Source of the DNA: Cyanobacteriota bacterium
GTDB taxonomy: Bacteria > Cyanobacteriota > Cyanobacteriia > Cyanobacteriales > Nostocaceae
Direction: 5' to 3'
Length of the DNA: 64,000 nucleotides
Assembly: GCA_046045965.1 (NCBI GenBank)
Contig: JBJOKS010000002.1
Coordinates: forward strand, 32,001-96,000
This document shows, piece after piece, positions 30,158-40,046 of the stretch. The position numbers and the translations under genes were made by a program. Every line of letters starts with the position of its first letter. The first letter of the stretch is position 1. The notes beneath the pieces were generated by a model. It was given only the letters and a program-made list of their open reading frames with translations. It was not told the DNA's origin and did no database searches.

Positions 30158-31978
30158 TCATCTGCCACCTGTCACCTGTTTCTGATACTTCCCTGGATAC
30201 TTGCGGGCAAAATAATCCTCCATAATTTCCAGGATCATGGGTGCTGCAACACTACCGCCACCACCCCCGGAATGTTCACCAAAAGCCACAACTAAAATTT
30301 CTGGTTTATCATTATCTGGTGCATAAGCGCCAAACCAAGCGTGATTTTGTTTAGCTCTACCCTTCCAAGCTTCCGCTGTCCCACTCTTACCAGCTACAGG
30401 GGGAAGAGTTGGTTTATTCAAAACTTTACCTGTACCTTCAGATATTACTTTCCGCAAGCCATCACGAAGGATTTTGATAGTTATCGGCTTCATATTTAAA
30501 GATTCGCGCCACTTTTTTGCATCGCCATTGTCTTTAAGCAAATGTGGTTGCACCCGATATCCACCATTAGCTGGTACAGCAAACATCACAGCCACTTGTA
30601 AAGGTGTAGTTTGTAAAGCACCTTGACCAATAGTCATATTAATAGTATCGCCTATAGTCCAAGGCATTTTCCAGGCTTTGCGTTTCCAGGTGTCATCGGG
30701 AACTAAACCTTTTGCTTCTTCTGTGGAAAAATCAAAGCCAGTTTTTTCACCAAAGCCATACTTACGAGTCCATTCAATTAAAGCAGGTCCACCTATACCT
30801 TTACCAATTTGATAAAAGAAAGTATCACTACTCCACTGCATAGCCCCAACAAAACCCAAGGGACCAAATCCTGCATGATTCCATTCACCAAATCTTGTGC
30901 CACCAATTGTTAAAGAACCATAGGTTTGTAGCACTACGTTAGGAGAAAACTTACCTGATTCTATGCCCGCTGTCGTGGTAACAATTTTAAATGTACTAGC
31001 TGGAGGAAAAGCACTTAAAGCCCGATTCACCAAAGGATGTTCAGCACCTTGGACGCTTTCCCAGTCTTTTTGAGAGAGTTTTTGCTTAGAAAAAATATTC
31101 GGGTCAAAGGTGGGATGGGATACCATCGCTAAAACTTCACCGTTGTTAGGGTTGAGTGCGATGATTGACCCATTGCGTTTACCTAAAGCTTTTTCCGCTG
31201 CTTTTTGGATGTCTAAATCTATAGTCAAGTGTAAATCATTACCAGGTTTTGCCTGTTTTTCTCCCAATACCCGCAGTGGTCTACCAGCACCATCCACTTC
31301 TACTTGCTGACCTCCCCATTCACCCCGCAGGGTTTTTTCATAGGCTTTTTCCACACCCATTTGGCCAATGACATCACCAAGACGATAGCCTTCAGATTTG
31401 CGTTTTTTTAACTGTTCTGCTGTTAGTTCACGGGTATAGCCGAGTATATGGGCTAATTGCCTACCATCTGGATAATAACGTACTGCTTCTGTATTGATTT
31501 CTACATTTGGTAATTCGGTTTCATATTCTTTTAAGGCTGTAACTTGGGCTTCATTTAAATCACGAGCAATGCGAATCAGAGAAGAAGAATTAGCCCCTGC
31601 TTGTTCTAGTTTCTTTTCCATCTCCTCTTGCGGAATATCGAGGATTTGGGATAGACGCGGACCGACAACAGACCATGAGGGCTTAGTATGTGCCATTGGC
31701 CACAAATGAACAGAGCGCGGATAACGAGTAGTAGCTAACAATTTGCCATTCCGGTCAAAAATGTTGCCTCTTTCCGGTTGTTTGGGAATCATGCGAATCC
31801 GGTTAGACTCTGCGCGTTGCCGCAGTTTGGGACCTTCAATAATTTGCAAATAGGCTAAACGAGCGCCTATTCCAGAAGTCATCAGCAAAGTGAATAGGAT
31901 TAAAAATAGCGACTGGGAACCACGCCCAACCGTGCGTGTATTTTTTTGATTACTAAGTAATGGTGGTAATATAGCCAT
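30158..31978 (-). CDS. mrdA: Penicillin-binding protein 2 (class B)
   Basis: RGNIFDRNG, RYYP, GVEK; transpeptidase motifs STFK, SSD and KSG. Confidence 0.92.
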   Translation of the reverse strand: MAILPPLLSNQKNTRTVGRGSQSLFLILFTLLMTSGIGARLAYLQIIEGPKLRQRAESNRIRMIPKQPERGNIFDRNGKLLATTRYPRSVHLWPMAHTKPSWSVVGPRLSQILDIPQEEMEKKLEQAGANSSSLIRIARDLNEAQVTALKEYETELPNVEINTEAVRYYPDGRQLAHILGYTRELTAEQLKKRKSEGYRLGDVIGQMGVEKAYEKTLRGEWGGQQVEVDGAGRPLRVLGEKQAKPGNDLHLTIDLDIQKAAEKALGKRNGSIIALNPNNGEVLAMVSHPTFDPNIFSKQKLSQKDWESVQGAEHPLVNRALSAFPPASTFKIVTTTAGIESGKFSPNVVLQTYGSLTIGGTRFGEWNHAGFGPLGFVGAMQWSSDTFFYQIGKGIGGPALIEWTRKYGFGEKTGFDFSTEEAKGLVPDDTWKRKAWKMPWTIGDTINMTIGQGALQTTPLQVAVMFAVPANGGYRVQPHLLKDNGDAKKWRESLNMKPITIKILRDGLRKVISEGTGKVLNKPTLPPVAGKSGTAEAWKGRAKQNHAWFGAYAPDNDKPEILVVAFGEHSGGGGGSVAAPMILEIMEDYFARKYPGKYQKQVTGGR

Positions 31979-32210
31979 AAGATTAATAAGGAAGTATGAA
32001 ATTTATATTATCTGTAAACAATGGTTTATCACCCCTATCCGGCATCGAGTCGAAAACAATGGCAAGTATTGGGTTTATATTTTTAATAAGTATCTTTTTA
32101 ACAAGGGTGTGATTGCCGGATACAATAAACAAAAGTGTGATTTGTAGTCTAATTCATAGCCTACATAGCTAAACCAGGTTTCACAAAATCAAGGCATTCT
32201 ACTGAAGACT

Positions 32211-33359
32211 ATGGCTCAAACTGTGATGCAAACTCAGAGGGGTGTAACTAATTTCCAGCCGCTTGATGTTGAACTGCGGAACGTATTCAAGTTTTTCAAC
32301 CAAGAACCAGCAGTACATGGTGTGGACTTAGATGTGAGACAGGGGGAGTTCTTTAGTATTTTAGGACCTTCTGGTTGTGGTAAGACAACTATACTCCGGT
32401 TGATTGCCGGGTTTGAACAGGTTGATGCTGGCAAGTTGCTGATTCAAGGACAGTCGATGACTAATGTTCCTCCTTATAGGAGACCTGTAAATACTGTATT
32501 TCAAAGCTATGCGCTGTTTAATCACTTGAATGTGTGGGATAACATTGCTTTTGGATTACGGTTAAAAAAAATCTCTAAATCAGAACTTAATAGCAGAGTC
32601 ACGGAAGCTTTAAAGCTGGTGAAAATGGAAAGTTTGCGATCGCGTTTACCTTCTCAGCTTTCTGGTGGTCAGCAACAACGAGTTGCTTTAGCTAGAGCTT
32701 TGGTTAACCGTCCCGCTGTCTTACTCCTAGATGAACCCTTGGGAGCTTTAGATTTAAAACTGCGTAAGGAAATGCAGGTGGAGCTATGCAATCTCCACAA
32801 AGAGTTAGGATTGACCTTTATCATGGTGACTCATGATCAAGAGGAAGCACTCAGTTTATCTGATCGGATCGCAGTGATGAATCAGGGCAAAATTGAACAA
32901 GTTGGTACTCCCAGCACCATTTACGAACGTCCGCAAACCGCTTTTGTGGCTGATTTTATTGGTGATACCAATTTATTTAGCGGGGAAATTACTACAATTG
33001 ATACCGAGTGTGTCAAGGTTTTGACTAAAACCGGACTGTCCATTGTTGCTGCTCGTACAGAAGATACACCCTGGGAATTATTACAAGCGGTAGTATTGAG
33101 TGTCCGTCCTGAAAAAATTCAGATTTCTCTTTATCATCCCAATCTACCAACAAACTGCTTTGAAGGTAGGCTCGTTAATGTTATGTATTTGGGTACTCAT
33201 GTTAATTATGTCGTGGAATTAGCCAATGGCATAAATGTTAATGTTTTACAACCTAACACCTTTGGTAGTTTACCAGACCGGAATACACCTATTTACATTT
33301 GGTGGGCAGAAACTGACTGTTTAGCTATTAGTCAAACATCAAAGGTGAATCAACAATAA
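32211..33359 (+). CDS. potA: Polyamine ABC ATPase
   Basis: [20 protein letters not shown]-like C-terminus. Confidence 0.9.
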   Translation: MAQTVMQTQRGVTNFQPLDVELRNVFKFFNQEPAVHGVDLDVRQGEFFSILGPSGCGKTTILRLIAGFEQVDAGKLLIQGQSMTNVPPYRRPVNTVFQSYALFNHLNVWDNIAFGLRLKKISKSELNSRVTEALKLVKMESLRSRLPSQLSGGQQQRVALARALVNRPAVLLLDEPLGALDLKLRKEMQVELCNLHKELGLTFIMVTHDQEEALSLSDRIAVMNQGKIEQVGTPSTIYERPQTAFVADFIGDTNLFSGEITTIDTECVKVLTKTGLSIVAARTEDTPWELLQAVVLSVRPEKIQISLYHPNLPTNCFEGRLVNVMYLGTHVNYVVELANGINVNVLQPNTFGSLPDRNTPIYIWWAETDCLAISQTSKVNQQ

Positions 33360-33362
33360 ACC

Positions 33363-34460
33363 ATGATGATGAAAATAACAAGGAGAAGGGAATTTATCAA
33401 AAAAATGGCGTTGCTTTCTAGCTTGTCTTTAAGTAGTTGTGGCTGGAGATTAGCTAATGTGAGCGCCAATAATTTTACTAGTTCTGGTAAAAGTGATGAA
33501 TTGTATATATATACATGGAGTCAATATACCGATCAAGAACTACTATCTACATTTACTACCCAAACTGGTATCAAAGTTTTGGCAGATGTTTTTGATTCTA
33601 ATGATGTGATGCTGGCTAAATTACAAGCAGGAGGTGGTGGTGCTTATAGCATTATCTATCCATCTGACTATATGGTGCAGAAGATGGTAGAGAAAAATTT
33701 GTTAATAGAAATCAATCATGAAAATTTGCTCGGTTTAGAAAATTTATTTCCCCAATTTAAAAATCCTAGCTATGACCCTAATAACCGTTATAGTCTGCCT
33801 TTTAATTGGGGAACAACGGGGTTAGTTTACAACTCTGAAAAAATGGCAACTCCACCTGAAGATTGGGAATATCTTTGGCAAAACCAAGATCAACTTTATA
33901 AGCGGATGACTGTATTAAATGATGTGCGGGAGGTGATGGGGGCAACATTAAAGATGCTAGGTTATTCTTATAATTCGCAAAATGAGATGGAAATTAAAGC
34001 AGCTTATGAAAAATTGCGGTCTTTAAAACCAGCGATCGCCGCTTTTGACACCGATGCTTGGCAAAACCAAATGCTGGCAGGAGATTTATTATTAGCTATG
34101 TGTTATTCTGCCGATGGCGTGAAAATATCCAAGGAAAATCCTAAACTGAAATATGTGATTCCTCGCAGTGGTTCTTCTCTATGGACAGATACTATTGTCA
34201 TTCCCAAAACCGCCCCTAATATCCCTGGAGCTTATAGCTGGATTAACTTGTTACTGCAACCAGATGTAGCCGCCGAAATCAGCAAAAGATTGAAAATTGC
34301 TACTCCAAATAATGCTGGCTTTGAGCAATTACCAAAAGAAATTCAAAATAATACTAACTTATTTCCTCCTGAATCAGTTTTAAATAAATGTGAACGCCTC
34401 ACTCCTGTAGGTGATTTTGAAGAAGTTTATGAGCGATATTGGACTCAATTACTAGCATAA
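33363..34460 (+). CDS. potD: Polyamine-binding lipoprotein
   Basis: Lipobox-like LSSC; YTWSQY, PSDY, WGTTG, DVRE motifs. Confidence 0.9.
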   Translation: MMMKITRRREFIKKMALLSSLSLSSCGWRLANVSANNFTSSGKSDELYIYTWSQYTDQELLSTFTTQTGIKVLADVFDSNDVMLAKLQAGGGGAYSIIYPSDYMVQKMVEKNLLIEINHENLLGLENLFPQFKNPSYDPNNRYSLPFNWGTTGLVYNSEKMATPPEDWEYLWQNQDQLYKRMTVLNDVREVMGATLKMLGYSYNSQNEMEIKAAYEKLRSLKPAIAAFDTDAWQNQMLAGDLLLAMCYSADGVKISKENPKLKYVIPRSGSSLWTDTIVIPKTAPNIPGAYSWINLLLQPDVAAEISKRLKIATPNNAGFEQLPKEIQNNTNLFPPESVLNKCERLTPVGDFEEVYERYWTQLLA

Positions 34461-34494
34461 AATATCTAAAAAAATGGCTGTTAATTGATTTTTT

Positions 34495-34536
34495 CCAATT
34501 ACCAATTACCAATTACCAATTACCAATTACCAATTA
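34495..34536. repeat. STRR (CCAATTA)x6
   Basis: Read directly. Confidence 0.9.
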
Positions 34537-34589
34537 CCAGCCCAAACAGATAAGATAGAAAATTTCAAATCACAAATTGGTATCAAGCT

Positions 34590-35504
34590 GTGTCTATTCA
34601 AATTCCTAATTCCCCGGTAAAATCGAGCGATATTGTCAAAAAAACGCAATGGTATCACTATCCTTTCAAATGGATGCCACCATTAGCCTTACTAGCACCA
34701 TCTGGGATTTGGTTATTACTGTTATTATTACTGCCCACATTTATCATTTTTCAACTGAGTTTAGTAACGGATATCCGACCAGGGGATATTGTCAATCCTA
34801 ACGGTGTTGACAACTATATCCGTATTCTGGAACCGCTTTACTTACGAGTTATATTTAATTCTCTATTTTTGGCAATTAATACGACCATTATTTGTTTATT
34901 TTTGGGTTTTCCTGTGGCTTATTGGATTGCTCAAATGTCACCAAAACGCTGGCGAAATTTATTATTATTAGGCTTTGTTTTGCCTTTATGGACTTCTTCT
35001 TTACTGCGTTCTTATGCTTGGATTACTATTCTCCGTCCCACGGGATTATTGAATAGTATACTCACCAGTGTAGGTTTACCAGCTTTGGAATTACTCAATC
35101 GTACTCCTGCGGTATTAATTAGCATGAGTTATAGTTTATTACCCTATATGGTTTTAGTATTGTATGCTTCTTTAGAAAAATTAGATCGACGTTTATTAGA
35201 AGCTGCTGCTGATTTAGGTGCAAACCCAGTACAAACTTTTCGGAGAGTGACAGTACCACAAGTTTTTCCGGGTATTGCTGCTGGTTCTTTGTTGGTATTT
35301 ATTACCGCATTGGGGGATTTTATTGATCCAGAATTATTGGGTGGTGCTTCGAGTATGACTGCTGCAAGGTTGGTTTATAATCAGTTTCTCGGTGCTACTC
35401 AAAATTGGGGTTTTGGTTCTGCTTTGAGTATGACTTTGATTTTGGTGGTGAGTGTTGCGATCTCACTCGTGATTAAATTTGGTGAGGTGACACCGAAGAA
35501 GTAA
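34590..35504 (+). CDS. potB: Polyamine ABC permease
   Basis: LPLWTSSLLRSYAW; EAA motif LLEAAADLGA. Confidence 0.9.
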   Translation: MSIQIPNSPVKSSDIVKKTQWYHYPFKWMPPLALLAPSGIWLLLLLLLPTFIIFQLSLVTDIRPGDIVNPNGVDNYIRILEPLYLRVIFNSLFLAINTTIICLFLGFPVAYWIAQMSPKRWRNLLLLGFVLPLWTSSLLRSYAWITILRPTGLLNSILTSVGLPALELLNRTPAVLISMSYSLLPYMVLVLYASLEKLDRRLLEAAADLGANPVQTFRRVTVPQVFPGIAAGSLLVFITALGDFIDPELLGGASSMTAARLVYNQFLGATQNWGFGSALSMTLILVVSVAISLVIKFGEVTPKK

Positions 35505-35508
35505 TTCA

Positions 35509-36630
35509 TCAACTATCTATCTTTGATATCTGTAATTTTCTACTGGTGGGATTAATAATAGAAACACCCAATTCTTGAGTAATTTTTAAAGCTTGTTCAT
35601 AACACTGAGAAGATAAATGAGCAAGATTCATTTTTTGATATAATTCTGATAATGCTTCCAGTACCTCAGATTCTGCTCGACGACATTCCATTTCTCTAAA
35701 AATACTTAAAGCTGATTGTAAATGATCTTCTGCTTCTTGATACCGATTCATCCGCATTAAAGTTTTACCAATATTACAAGTTCCCCACGCTTCTTGAGTT
35801 CTATAACCAATTTTTTGGGCAACTTCTAAACCTTGTTTATTGTAATCTAATGCTTTGACATAATCCTCCATACAAATATACACCAATCCTAAACTTGTTA
35901 ATACTATAGATTCTTGTTCAGGATCACCAATTTCTCTCACATTTATTAACTCATTCTGATAACATTCCAGAGCTTGAGGATATTGTCCTAAATATATATA
36001 AGCTAAACCTAATCTGGTATTTAAAATGTTTTGTAGATGACGATTTTTAAGTTGATATGCAATAGTTAAACCTTGTTCATAAAAATCAATGGCAGTATCA
36101 TAATTGCTCTGCATTAAATACACATTACCTAAATTATTTAAAAGTTGAGCTTGGTTAGGTTGATCATTGATTTCTTGAGCTATTTCTAATCCTTTTTCAT
36201 AACATTGAAAACACTCAGAATATTTACTAATACTATAATAAACATTGCCTAAACCACATAAATAGGCTAATTCAGTTACAGGATCTAAATTTCCCAGGAG
36301 ATTTTTATATACTTGAATAAGTTCAGAATAATATCCCCAAATACCCAATTGTTGATGAAATTGTTGTTGAATTGGTGGAGTTAAAGACATAGATAAAATA
36401 TCACTAGCTGGTTTCCAAGCGTGAGCATCACAAAGATGATAAAGTGCTTGTAAATAGCCTTCTAATTTTTGCCGATGACTAGCATTAATATTAGTTTGGT
36501 AATCTGTTAACCAGTTAATTACAGCTATATAATGATCTAATTGTTCTGGGGGAACTTGTTGTACAAGATTAGATGGTTGAATGCCTATATTTTCTAGGAT
36601 GATCGATCCTGGTAATAAAGAAATTTCCAT
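35509..36630 (-). CDS. Tetratricopeptide-repeat protein (about 6 TPRs)
   Basis: Repeated LGNVY/LGLAY/LGLVY ... A..YEQGL.IA units of about 40 aa. Confidence 0.88.
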   Translation of the reverse strand: MEISLLPGSIILENIGIQPSNLVQQVPPEQLDHYIAVINWLTDYQTNINASHRQKLEGYLQALYHLCDAHAWKPASDILSMSLTPPIQQQFHQQLGIWGYYSELIQVYKNLLGNLDPVTELAYLCGLGNVYYSISKYSECFQCYEKGLEIAQEINDQPNQAQLLNNLGNVYLMQSNYDTAIDFYEQGLTIAYQLKNRHLQNILNTRLGLAYIYLGQYPQALECYQNELINVREIGDPEQESIVLTSLGLVYICMEDYVKALDYNKQGLEVAQKIGYRTQEAWGTCNIGKTLMRMNRYQEAEDHLQSALSIFREMECRRAESEVLEALSELYQKMNLAHLSSQCYEQALKITQELGVSIINPTSRKLQISKIDS

Positions 36631-36657
36631 ATTATGCCTTTTTTTATTCCTTTGGTG

Positions 36658-38139
36658 TTAAGATTTTTGTAATAACTTTTCATGATGAGCTATAGCAACA
36701 CTTCTAACTAAATTGTGCATTCCTATCAGTTTCCAGCCATTATTTTGATCAAAGGTGACTTCAACTAAATAACGATCTTCTAAAGTTTGTAGTGCGATTT
36801 TTTGCTGTTCTTCAGTACATTGCCTATACTGTAAATGTCTCAACCACCAACTTTGTTGCACTGGAACACGATATACTGAACCTGTGCAAAGCAAAATATA
36901 GGCATGATGGGCATGATCTGATAATCTTTTGAAAGTTTGCTCTAGTCTACTTTGGACTTTTATGCGTAGCTCGATAGAATACCGATCTAATTTCCATTGA
37001 TCATTTGTTGATTTTATCATACCTTGACTAGCTTCTGCTAAAGCTTTTTCTACTTCTTCAATTTCCTGACTATACTGTTGCCAATAAGCGGAAACTTGGG
37101 ATGAAAAATCATTGATAATTTCTCCTGAAATGGTTCTTAATGCTAAAGGATGTCCTTTATATGCTTTACCTATTCTTAACAGCAATTTCATTTCCACAGA
37201 TGGCAAATTAGCACCTAAACCAACTTTATTAAATAAAGTCAATTGTTCCGTTTCTGTGAGTCCATCAACTCTCTGACAGTGCCAGAAATTGGGATAGCGC
37301 GATGCTGCTTCTAGCAGTTGACGTGGTAACTCTTGAGAGGTAATAATAAAACGACTTTTACAGGTTTCTGTTGATAGCAAACTTGCGAAAAATTGACACC
37401 ACCATTCATCAATAAAATCACTCCATCCAGTATTTTCATCTCCCATCAGTGCCAATTCCAAAGAGTCAATTAAGATTAACTGTGGATGATGACAAAAATA
37501 TGTAACTAAATGCTGGAGTAAAGACTGTGGTTGTTTTCGTTCTTCTGGTGAAACCTGTTCTCCTGCATTTTCTAACCACTTTACCGCGACACTTACGAAG
37601 TCTGAAGACGTGTTTTTGTCATCAAAGTTTTTTCGACACAATTTTTCTGGATTATGATCAAACTTGCTACTTAATTCCAGACTTAACCTTTCTGCTAATG
37701 CTGTTTTACCAATTCCTGTTAGTCCAACTAAGAGCAGTAAACGACAACAACCTTGTAAACTTTGAGTGAGATTGGTAATTAAATCATCTCTTCCTGTCCA
37801 CCCACTATCATAAACAAAAAATTCAGTTATTAAACTTGCTGGATTGGATTTTTCTGATTTTTCTGATGTATCTGTGGGTATATTTTGGGGAATTAATTCT
37901 GGTTTGTATTGATAGAATAAAGTTATTAATTCCTGTCGTTTGGAAAGACGCTCTCCATCGAGGTTTTTTAATTCAAAAGCTTTACATATAGATTCAATAT
38001 GTTTTCTTACAGTGGTTCTACTTATGTAAAGAGATTCCGCAATTTGTTGGTCTTTTTCACCACATAAGAATTTATCTAATACTCGTCGCTGTTGACGGGT
38101 TAGTGCGTCAAGTGCTGTCTGGAACTTATCAATATCCAC
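36658..38139 (-). CDS. STAND (NB-ARC-like) ATPase with N-terminal LuxR-type HTH
   Basis: HTH LTRQQRRVL...QQIAESLYISRTTVRKHI; Walker A GLTGIGKT; Walker B LILIDSLE; FIITSQ; GHPLAL; MHN (MHD-like). No fused sensor repeats. Confidence 0.85.
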   Translation of the reverse strand: MDIDKFQTALDALTRQQRRVLDKFLCGEKDQQIAESLYISRTTVRKHIESICKAFELKNLDGERLSKRQELITLFYQYKPELIPQNIPTDTSEKSEKSNPASLITEFFVYDSGWTGRDDLITNLTQSLQGCCRLLLLVGLTGIGKTALAERLSLELSSKFDHNPEKLCRKNFDDKNTSSDFVSVAVKWLENAGEQVSPEERKQPQSLLQHLVTYFCHHPQLILIDSLELALMGDENTGWSDFIDEWWCQFFASLLSTETCKSRFIITSQELPRQLLEAASRYPNFWHCQRVDGLTETEQLTLFNKVGLGANLPSVEMKLLLRIGKAYKGHPLALRTISGEIINDFSSQVSAYWQQYSQEIEEVEKALAEASQGMIKSTNDQWKLDRYSIELRIKVQSRLEQTFKRLSDHAHHAYILLCTGSVYRVPVQQSWWLRHLQYRQCTEEQQKIALQTLEDRYLVEVTFDQNNGWKLIGMHNLVRSVAIAHHEKLLQKS

Positions 38140-38355
38140 TGTGTCTCTTGGGTTGATGATTATATTGTGTATATTTTTAGGTTAATCAATATTATACACA
38201 GTTGTGAATTTTTCTACACAGTTACAAAAAATAATAAATTACTTAGTATGCTGTATATGTAGGTAATGCCTAATTAATGTCGTATTTGTTACGGTAATTA
38301 TTTGTATTATTATGTATGGCGATGTGTTATTGAATAGCGATCGCTCTGCTTAGAC

Positions 38356-38447
38356 ATCGCTATTCTCGTGGGTTTGGTATAGGTGTCAAAAAATTTTTTC
38401 CCTATTTGCAACACAGGATCAAGAAGGAGCGTATATAAAGTAAGCCT
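38356..38447 (+). repeat. Left copy of ~92 bp direct repeat (3' end of CPBP gene plus promoter)
   Basis: About 91% identical by eye to 50894-50986; first 27 nt encode IAILVGLV*, the exact C-terminus of ORF 50309-50920. Confidence 0.9.
38407..38435 (+). promoter_or_regulatory. ECF-like promoter copy 1: TGCAAC-N17-CGTATA
   Basis: -35 at 38407-38412, -10 at 38430-38435. Confidence 0.75.
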
Positions 38448-38500
38448 ATTCTGTCCTAGCTTGTCTGATACAGATGTCAAAAAAAATTTTTTGAGTTTTT

Positions 38501-38529
38501 TGCAACATGAGGTGAATCTAGTGCGTATA
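38501..38529 (+). promoter_or_regulatory. ECF-like promoter copy 2: TGCAAC-N17-CGTATA
   Basis: -35 at 38501-38506, -10 at 38524-38529; upstream of the membrane-gene array. Confidence 0.78.
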
Positions 38530-38616
38530 TAGATTGTGGACGATATCAAACATCTGCATCCAGTTCAACAAGATACCTTGTTACTCCTAGAACATTCGTT
38601 TTAATTGCCTAACACT

Positions 38617-39348
38617 ATGTCAAATTCCATACCACCAGAAAATCAAACTTCTGATGAACTAACTAATAGAGATGATTTAGATTCTCCCTCAGCGGTTAAT
38701 TTTCCTACTTCCAATTCAAAACATCCACAGTTAGTAGTAGAAACTAGCAAAAACGCTGTTTTAGATGTCTGGAGTGCTTTAAAACTGATTTGGAATGATC
38801 CCAATAATGGACTACAAACGGCAATTAATAGTTTAGGAGATAGTCGAATTTTCTATGCGGGAATTGCCCTTTGTATTCTGTTTGTGTTATCTGTTTGGAT
38901 GGCAGCATTAAAAACTCTAGAATCTCTTGCACCGTTGTTTTCTTTCGGTGGTTTATTTGGTGCAAGTTATAGTACCCAGTTAAGTTTTTCAGAACAATTG
39001 CGAGTTATTTTAGCTGCGACAATTCCCGTATTAGGGATGATAGCAGTTTTGTGGATCACCCGCAAAATATTTAAAGGTTCTGGGAATTATCAACAATTCA
39101 CATTTGTTACAGGTTTTTGTTTTGCTCCTATTACCTTTTTGCTATTAATGCTGTGGTTATTAGGCAGTAATGCAGCAGAATTAATGGCGTTAATTTCTGT
39201 ATTTTGCTGGACTACATTTGTTTTATTTTTGAATACAGCACTAATAGGAGTGTTGGGTTTATCTTCTCGCAATGCACTATTACTTGTGCCGCTAGTTTTA
39301 GTGGCTGATTTTTTCATCACTAGAGTTGGTATTGATATTTTGTATTGA
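38617..39348 (+). CDS. Multi-pass membrane protein, Yip1-like
   Basis: About 5 TM segments; WITRKIFKGSGNYQQ loop resembling Yip1. ATG 38617 preferred over TTG 38605. Confidence 0.6.
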   Translation: MSNSIPPENQTSDELTNRDDLDSPSAVNFPTSNSKHPQLVVETSKNAVLDVWSALKLIWNDPNNGLQTAINSLGDSRIFYAGIALCILFVLSVWMAALKTLESLAPLFSFGGLFGASYSTQLSFSEQLRVILAATIPVLGMIAVLWITRKIFKGSGNYQQFTFVTGFCFAPITFLLLMLWLLGSNAAELMALISVFCWTTFVLFLNTALIGVLGLSSRNALLLVPLVLVADFFITRVGIDILY

Positions 39349-39369
39349 AACCAATTTGGGAATAATTAG

Positions 39370-39414
39370 CAACCTGTTGTACTTCAACCTGTTGTACTTC
39401 AACCTGTTGTACTT
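39370..39414. repeat. 15 bp tandem repeat (CAACCTGTTGTACTT)x3
   Basis: Read directly in the intergenic gap before the LemA gene. Confidence 0.9.
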
Positions 39415-39447
39415 CGTTATCATCAACGTTTTCATAAGGAGTCTATC

Positions 39448-40005
39448 ATGGGTCAAATATTTGTTTTTTTCCTGGCCATGCTGGGATTGTTAGGATATTT
39501 AGTATCGAAAATTTACAATGAAATGAATAGACTTAATTCCAGAGTGAACAGAAACTTTTCTGGAATAGATACACAATTATCCAGAAGACACGCTGTTATT
39601 AAAAAGTTGGTTAGTAGTGTTGGTGCAGAACAAAAAAACGTTATTAAACAGTTTGAAGAGTTGACTAATTTAGTGGAAAAAGCCAATTTACAACGGGGAA
39701 ATCAACAGGCTTTTCTTGATACAGAAAATCAGATATCAAGAATGTGGAATCAAATATTAAACTTACCACAACTCAAAAGTATACGCGGGTTTCAAGACCT
39801 CAATAAACAAATTGCTGAAATAGAAGAAGAAATTGCAGCAGCCAGAAGAACATATAACGATAGTGTTGAAAGATTTAACACTTATTTAGTGAGTTTTCCG
39901 GCTGGATTTATTGCACAACTTCTTTTCAAACAGTTTCAAGAAAAGGCTTATTTTCAAGCAACTGCTGAAGAAAGACAAGATTCTGATATAGATTTTAATT
40001 TTTAG
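39448..40005 (+). CDS. lemA: LemA family protein
   Basis: N-terminal TM; YN.M..L...V...FSGIDTQLSRR; IEEEIAAARRTYNDSV..FN....FP; AAGGAG RBS. Confidence 0.88.
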   Translation: MGQIFVFFLAMLGLLGYLVSKIYNEMNRLNSRVNRNFSGIDTQLSRRHAVIKKLVSSVGAEQKNVIKQFEELTNLVEKANLQRGNQQAFLDTENQISRMWNQILNLPQLKSIRGFQDLNKQIAEIEEEIAAARRTYNDSVERFNTYLVSFPAGFIAQLLFKQFQEKAYFQATAEERQDSDIDFNF

Positions 40006-40046
40006 GTTGCTGTTGTCATCAAAAATGAAATAGAGGTAGATAGAAC

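Noticed and set aside
32211..35504. potC deleted by island insertion
   Set aside because: A potADB arrangement without adjacent potC is known in Anabaena, and I see no potC remnant.
38204..38217. NtcA-like site GTG-N8-TAC
   Set aside because: Imperfect match in AT-rich DNA with no supporting evidence.
38310..38549. Similar small minus-strand ORFs 38310-38549 and 50924-51190 as a gene family
   Set aside because: Their shared peptide (NRLTLYTL...PVLQI.KKFF) is just the antisense reading of the duplicated promoter.
39370..39414. Mini CRISPR array
   Set aside because: Repeats are contiguous with no spacers.
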